In this document: positions 50,565 through 64,000 of the stretch, in pieces
How positions within the stretch are numbered: position 1 is the stretch's first letter
How the letters are laid out: every line of letters begins with the position of its first letter
Assembly: GCA_012295275.1 (NCBI GenBank)
Contig: CM022674.1
Coordinates: forward strand, 7,440,001-7,504,000
Length of the DNA stretch: 64,000 nucleotides
Origin: Chrysomallon squamiferum
Lineage: Eukaryota > Animalia > Mollusca
Reading direction: 5' to 3'
Made by a program: the position numbers and the translations under genes
Notes under the pieces: generated by a model
Database searches by the model: none
Told to the model about the DNA's origin: nothing
What the model saw: only the letters and a program-made list of their open reading frames with translations

Positions 50565-50577
50565 TGTGTTTGTTTGT

Positions 50578-50612
<35 letters not shown>

Positions 50613-51033
50613 TGTGAGTGTGCGTGTGTGTGTGTGTGTACATGTTTGTAGGTATAAGTAAACTTGTATATTTAAATATTTTGTTTTCAACAGACAGTTA
50701 AAACATACAACAGTAATATATCAGTCAATCAACTATTTACATGTATGTAATTTTTTAGCTTTATGTTACAGGAACAGAAACAATATCTGATGGTCACACA
50801 CTGATAAAATGTTTTGAATACAATTTACATTTGTCAGTGGCTATAAAAAGTAGGACACAGTTTAGTAAGGAAATCTTTGTGTTCACAACAGTTGACAGAT
50901 ACAATCTCTGAATAAAACTGTGAGTTCATAAATAGTGGCTTGTTTAGGGGAAATTGTTTTCCTTCCTTTTTCTCTCTCTCTCTCTCTCTCTCTGGGTGCA
51001 CATAAATATATAATAGTTTATATGGAACACACA

Positions 51034-51078
<45 letters not shown>

Positions 51079-51552
51079 GTATGTATATATATATATATAT
51101 ATATATAATTAAATAATAATGTTCAGTTTTAAAACAAAAAATTTAAATTCAGTGAAGTGGATAATGTACACTATTTAATTTTATTATTTAATTTTATTAT
51201 TTAATTTTATTTGTTACAAAATGTAAAATATCTTTTTTATTCATTCTTTTGTTTATTCATTTCCACTCTGATTTGTTTCAGCTTTTATTCATTCTCACGT
51301 TTGTTTTTTACTTTTGTCAGTGTCATTTATATTTTTATCTGTCTGTCTCTTTCTCTCAGTCTGTTTAAGTGAGTATATTAAAATATATACCATTATCGGT
51401 GTGTTTTTACTGTTCAGATTTGTTTTAAAAGTTTGAAATATTATCCTTTTCTATCTGAAAAATTCCTAAAATTAACTATTTTTAAAAGAAAAGAAATGTT
51501 GAAAGAATTGAAAAAAAAAAAAAAAAAAAAAAACAACCAAAAATAATAATAA

Positions 51553-51595
<43 letters not shown>

Positions 51596-51740
51596 AAAAT
51601 GAAGAAAAAGAAAACAGAATAAAAAAATAATAATAAAAAAAAAAATGAAAGAATTATGTGAGATATTCTTTGATGTGTTTTACATTGTGTTGTATTGTGG
51701 AGATTTTTACCTTTGATCTTTAACACAGTAAAGAATTTTA

Positions 51741-51935
51741 ATTTTTAAAAAATTTTTTCTCCATTTTGACTTGGTAAAAAAGACGAATGATGAAGGCAAC
51801 AAACTTCTTGTTTCACACACAGAGAAACAAAAAAGAAGTTTTTTTTTAACAAACCAGTATTTATCAGTGTTATAGTTTTCACATCCACAAAATCTCACAT
51901 CTGTCCATGCATCTGTAACACTGTTCATCCTCCAA
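51741..51935. repeat. Dispersed duplication, copy 2 (copy 1 at 47641-47818)
   Basis: Same orientation, ~4.1 kb downstream; ORFs 47701..47907 and 51707..51943 share WTDVRFCGCENYNTDKYWFVKK. Confidence 0.9.
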
Positions 51936-51953
51936 CCTCTCACTCTCCCTTAC

Positions 51954-52069
51954 ACAGGTAAAACCAGGTGACAGAACTAACTTCTACCTATCATTAATTA
52001 AACTTTCTACAGGTAAACACAGGTGACACAACTAACTTCTACCTATCATTAATTAAACTTTCTGCAGGT
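51954..52069. repeat. 55-bp tandem duplication (2 copies) containing ACTAAC...CAG/GT
   Basis: CAGGTA at 51955 and 52010; AACTAACTTCTACCTATCATTAATTAAACTTTCT present twice. Confidence 0.9.
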
Positions 52070-52208
52070 CACTTAACGAGACTTACTCACCTATGATCTG
52101 AAAATAAATCAACGCTTTCAAATAAATGTATCTGTCACATCGGCCGTCATGCAGTGGATGTAGCTGCTGCCATAAACGCTGACACTGTGGCATGTTACAT
52201 CGGCGCGG
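52068..52208 (+). other. Candidate non-coding internal exon
   Basis: Branch-like ACTAAC 52031-52036, acceptor ctttctgcag (52067), CpG-rich body, donor CGG|gtgagt; stops in all three frames. Confidence 0.35.
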
Positions 52209-53103
52209 GTGAGTCAGGGGGATTACAAGCGCCATCGTTCTTCTACTCTTGTCATTAACATCAGCCTCACTTCTTAAACGAAATCTGCATGTCACGTAAC
52301 CGTGGTGATTGATAGCGTTTAATGGTCGCTGTTTGCATGTAAATACTTGTTTTAAAAACACAGAATGGCTTTTTTATTTTCCTCGTGTTGGAAGTGTTTA
52401 GTGAATTTCTTTTTTTTTTCATTTTTCTTTTTTCTTTTTTTGAATATTTACATACTTTAGATTTGTTTAATTCAGAAATCTGTATTTCTTGTATTCTTCT
52501 TTCATTATTTTTTTCTTTTCTTTTATTCTGTTTTATTCAGTTTTATTCAGTTTCTTTTTTTTTTATTTCTTTTTTTCACTTCTTACATCTTCTTTTACTA
52601 CTGCAACTACTATTAGTCCTCCTAATGGTACTACTGTTATTACTATTTCTAATGCTACTGCTGCTGCTACTACTACTACTACCACTATTGCTTTGCTACT
52701 GCACCTAATACTACTACTACTACTACTACTACTAACTAATAATAATAATAAAATTAATAGCAATAATAATGATGATGATGACAAAGAACAGAACAAGTCT
52801 ATATAAAATTAAACAAACTGAACTAAGTAATAATTCTCTCTCTTTATGTCCCATCAAAAATGGAAAAAAAAAAAAAAAAAAAAAAAAAAAATGAAAAAAA
52901 AAAAAAAAAAAAAAAAAGAAGTAACGAGGAGGCTGCCACTGCCGATGATGTTTTCATCACAGCTGACATGATGCTGTTTGTTAGCTGATAAACGCTGACT
53001 TGTGTGTGAAAGTGATGCTGTGTGTTATCAGATAAAAATTTAATAAAAATTAACTTGTGTGTGAAATTTAATCTGTCCACACTCTGTCTCTCTGCTGCTG
53101 TTA

Positions 53104-53598
53104 TGTGTGAAAGTGAAGTATATACTTGTGTGTGAAAGTGAAGTATATACTTGTGTGTGAAAGTGAAGTATATACTTGTGTGTGAAAGTGAAGTACGTAC
53201 TTGTGTGTGAAAATGAAGTATATAAGTGTGAAGTATATACTTGTGTGTGTGAAATATGAAGTGAAGTATATGAAGTATATACTTGTGTGTGAAAGTGAAG
53301 TAGCTACTTGTGTGTGAAGTGAAGTATATACTACTGTGTGTGTGTAATTACTGTGAAAGTGAAGTATATACTTGTGTGTGAAAGTGAAGTAGCTACTTGT
53401 GTGTGAAAATGAAGTATATACTTGTGTGTGAAAGTGAAGTAGCTACTTGTGTGTGAAAGTGAAGTATATACTTGTGTGTGAAAGTGAAGTAGCTACTTGT
53501 GTGTGAAAGTGAAGTAGCTACTTGTGTGTGAAAGTGAAGTATGTACTTGTGTGTGAAAGTGAAGTACGTACTTGTGTGTGAAAGTGAAGTATATACTT
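53104..53598. repeat. 25-bp minisatellite, ~19-20 copies (GTGTGTGAAAGTG-AAGTAnnTACTT)
   Basis: Period 25 read directly; the central dinucleotide varies among TA, GC, CG and TG. Confidence 0.95.
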
Positions 53599-54196
53599 AT
53601 GATTGTAAAGACAGTTTTAATTGAAGAGACAGGAAAGGGACGTTTTTTTTATTTTATGTAACATCATGAAAGGAATATAGAAATTATTAAAATAAATAAC
53701 TTTAATAAAAAATTTCTTTTCATCACACTTAATAATCTAACAACAGATTATTATTATTGTTGTTGTTATTGTTATTACTCTTAATGTTTTAATATATTTA
53801 TTTATTCTATTTTATTAATACCACACCATTTTGGTAATTTTATTTAATTAATGATATATGTTTCCCTAATGTTGTTATAGAATAGGTTTTTGTTTTGATA
53901 TGTTTTGTAGTGTTACTTTCTTTTTTATGTAAAATATACTTTTATATAATATTCTTTGAATTTATCACTGTTTTAAAAATAATTACTACTGATATAATTA
54001 CAGTCAGGTTTATAATAATAAGTAAAAAAAACAAAAACAATTAGTGTCAAATGTTTTGATTGGTCAGTTTTAATTAACATCTCAGGCAAAGATCTGAACA
54101 GAAAACAGAAAAGAAAAAAACAAGAAAAAAAAACTCCCCATTGTTAGAAGTATACAGGAAGATTTGACTTTGAAAAGAAAATTAATTTACATCACT

Positions 54197-54210
54197 GTTG
54201 CCATGGCAAC
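54197..54210. promoter_or_regulatory. Perfect palindromic RFX X-box
   Basis: GTTGCCATGGCAAC is an exact match to the RFX consensus. Confidence 0.55.
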
Positions 54211-54530
54211 ATGAAAGTCAAAGAATGATTTAAAGGTTTTTGACATGATGTATAAAATAAAAGCCAGGTTTTGTAGAGGCAGTGGAAGATGTGAGGGGGG
54301 TGAGAGGGAGGGGTTGATGAGAGTCAGAGACAATACTGAGTGTTGAATTTCACAATATGTATATTTTTTTTAGGAATTTAATGATATTTTATTTTGTTTG
54401 AAAACCGGTGTGAAACTGAACTGTCATTCTTCCTTTTATATTCTTTATTTTTCTCTCTCTCTCTTTTGTTTCTCCCTTTTTATTTCACCCTGAATTTCTC
54501 TTGTGTATATTTTTTATTTGTCATAATCTT

Positions 54531-54632
<102 letters not shown>

Positions 54633-54957
54633 CTGTCATTATTTCTAATAAACAACAACCCAAGAACCTAGAACATTTCAGTGTAATTGTAATTTTTATT
54701 TTTGTATTTCACACATATTCAGTGCAACAAGCTTTGTTTATCAAGGTAAATCTTTAGCTGTTTGTCTTGACAAATGTCAAATTTACACACAACAGTTGTT
54801 GTTGTCATGTTACTGTGTAAAATGTTTGAAGAAAAACAAGAAATAGCAGGAAAATAAATGACAGGAGAAAATATAAAGAAAAAGGTATAAAATAGGTAAA
54901 GAATCCTAGACAAAAAAACAACAGCAAAACAAGAAAAAAAAAAGAAAGGACACAATA

Positions 54958-54997
<40 letters not shown>

Positions 54998-54998
54998 T

Positions 54999-55029
<31 letters not shown>

Positions 55030-55218
55030 TTATGAAAAAATTAAAGAAATAATGAAAGCAAAAAAACTAAATAAAAACAGAAAAGTGACTGTTTAAATTC
55101 ATATTTAAATAATTATATAATTATGTAAAACATTAAAAAAAAAGAAAATTTAAATTAATATTTTCAAAGTAGATTTTTCTGTTTTTTCATCCACTAGAAA
55201 CTATTTCCTGCAAGACAG

Positions 55219-55251
<33 letters not shown>

Positions 55252-55452
55252 GTTAATAAAAAAACATTAGTTAAATTACAGCCAATGAAAGCACTGTTCT
55301 CTGAGTGAATGTATCACCGCAGTGTCAGTGTAGTGGTTGACAGTTTACTACATCAGCTTCTTCATCGCTGCTGTAATCAGTGACAGTTGACATATGTGTG
55401 TGATACAACATGCAGTGCTGTTTGTGATAAATACGTTTGTGTGTGTTTTAAA

Positions 55453-56060
55453 AATTCTGTGTAATACTGTATATATTACATAGGTAAGTGATGTATGAAA
55501 TATTTATAATTCTGTGTAATACTGTATATATTACATAGGTAAGTGATGTATGAAATATTTATAATTCTGTGTAATACTGTATATATTACATAGGTAAGTG
55601 ATGTATGAAATATTTATAATTCTGTGTAATACTGTATATATTACATAGGTAAGTGATGTATGAAATATTTATAATTCTGTGTAATACTGTATATATTACA
55701 TAGGTAAGTGATGTATGAAATATTTATAATTCTGTGTAATACTGTATACATTACATAGGTAAGTGATGTATGAAATATTTATAATTCTGTGTAATACTGT
55801 ATATATTACTTAGGTAAGTGATGTATGAAATATTTATAATTCTGTGTAATACTGTATATATTACATAGGTAAGTGATGTATGAAATATTTATAATTCTGT
55901 GTAATACTGTATATATTACATAGGTAAGTGATGTATGAAATATTTATAATTCTGTGTAATACTGTATATATTACATAGGTAAGTGATGTATGAAATATTT
56001 ATAATTCTGTGTAATACTGTATACATTACATAGGTAAGTGATGTATGAAATATTTATAAT
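55453..56060. repeat. 55-bp tandem array, 11 near-identical copies
   Basis: TAGGTAAGTG recurs at 55481, 55536 ... 56031 (period 55); three single-base variants seen. Confidence 0.97.
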
Positions 56061-56160
56061 ATGTTTTACTTGCATTTGTCTGGTTTATAAATACTGTTTA
56101 ATAATGTTTAATGTTGTGCATATTATATTATTACTATTAAATAGCTACTAAATTGTTAGT

Positions 56161-56202
<42 letters not shown>

Positions 56203-57484
56203 AACATGCAGTTAAAGCTGAAAGGCTTATTTAAAAAAAAATTCTATTCAATATAAATATGTGATTTTGAATAAATCAAAATTTTCAGAATTGTTGGAAT
56301 AGATTTGATAATTATGCAGATATAAACTTAAAATTTAAAAAAATTCTATTTTGATTAAAGTTTTAAATTTATGTTGATTGTATTTTATGATTTTTTAATT
56401 AAAGTTTTAAATATTACATTTATGATTTGTCTTTAACACTTAAAAAACTGAAAAATTACCTTTTGAAAAATGTAATTATAAAATGTAATGTATTTTAATT
56501 TTTTTAATTTTTGGGGGGTGATCAGGTGTTGAAATACATTTTTTTTAAAAATAAGTATATTGATTCTTGTTTTTATCAGTATTTTGACTTTAAATAAATT
56601 TGTAAAATTTCAAAATGAAATGTTTGTATTTTTGTTTTTCTTAAATCAGTTTTATACTTTCTATTATATTTTCTAGAATATATGATATACAATGTATATT
56701 TAAAAATACAAATATTAATTCTTAATTTTATTAGTTGCAGTAATTTTTCTTAAATGAAATAACAAATACTGCAACAAATTTAATATTTATTTGTTTTTTA
56801 GAAATCTTTGTTGATTATTTTTATTATTAATATTTATAAAAATAATTTATTAAAAAAATTCAGTCACGTTATTTTGAGTTACAATGAATCATTTTCCATT
56901 TCACTAAGTTTCTGAATCATGATTTTTCTCTTAAAGAGTTATTTTTTTAAATTATCAATTTTTATATATTTATTTATTATTTGAATCATTTAATTATTTT
57001 ATGAATCATTTGTTAAGTGAATTGTTTATTAGTCTGAATAATTTAATTGTTATTTGAATTATGGAGTATTTTTATATTTATTATTTTTATGTTGTTTATA
57101 TATTTGAGTTACTAATTTTAGTTTTATTGAGTTTTTGAATTATATTTAATAATTTGTGTTTGGCTACTTTCTTTTTTAGTGTCAGTTATTTAGTTTTTGA
57201 ATCATTATTTTGTTGAGCTTTTGTATCGTCATTTTCAGTTCATCAAGTTTTTTAATCATTTTAATTTGTTGAGTTTTTTTAATAATTTTCAGTTCTTTGA
57301 AGTTTTTTAAAATAATTTTCTGTTTATTGGGTTTTTGAATCATCATTTTCAGTTTATTGAATATGTGAATCATCTGTTACTTTTTTATCAGTTAAATTTT
57401 AAAAATTAAATTTTGGTAACAGAGAAATTGTGTGTTGTCATCGGGTTTCTTCTCTGTTGTGCAGATGATGGCAATGACAAGAGG

Positions 57485-64000
<6,516 letters not shown>

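Noticed and set aside
52081-52110. Minus-strand 7-nt microexon pattern (ttttcag ATCATAG gtgagtaagt); similar pattern at 13051-13110
   Set aside because: No minus-strand host gene or coding exons found; such motifs occur by chance in AT-rich DNA
52942-52999. C/D snoRNA-like order ATGATG..CTGA..ATGATG..CTGA
   Set aside because: Imperfect C boxes, short length, no terminal stem and no recognisable guide

Overview
AT-rich, microsatellite-dense animal genomic DNA; a mollusc-like invertebrate is my inference from composition, not proven. Two spliced protein-coding genes lie on the + strand. (1) The last nine exons of ALDH4A1/P5C dehydrogenase (177-4213), with an apparent frameshift in a C-run at 1088-1091. 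(2) The 5' part of heparan sulfate D-glucuronyl C5-epimerase GLCE (ATG 57485, runs off the window). One required GLCE exon is present only as a scrambled, partly doubled remnant at about 60369-60691. The ~53 kb between the genes has no credible ORF; almost all entries in the ORF track are microsatellite translations. It does contain CpG- and motif-rich islands followed by strong splice donors (candidate alternative GLCE first or 5'UTR exons), dense CAGGTR and CCAAT clusters, and RFX X-boxes. Two minisatellites stand out: a 25-bp unit whose variants preserve a perfect palindrome, and a 55-bp unit carrying a hairpin plus a consensus splice donor 11 times. I found no clear new coding system. The most novel-looking signals are regulatory or repeat structure, and both coding lesions are most likely assembly errors.
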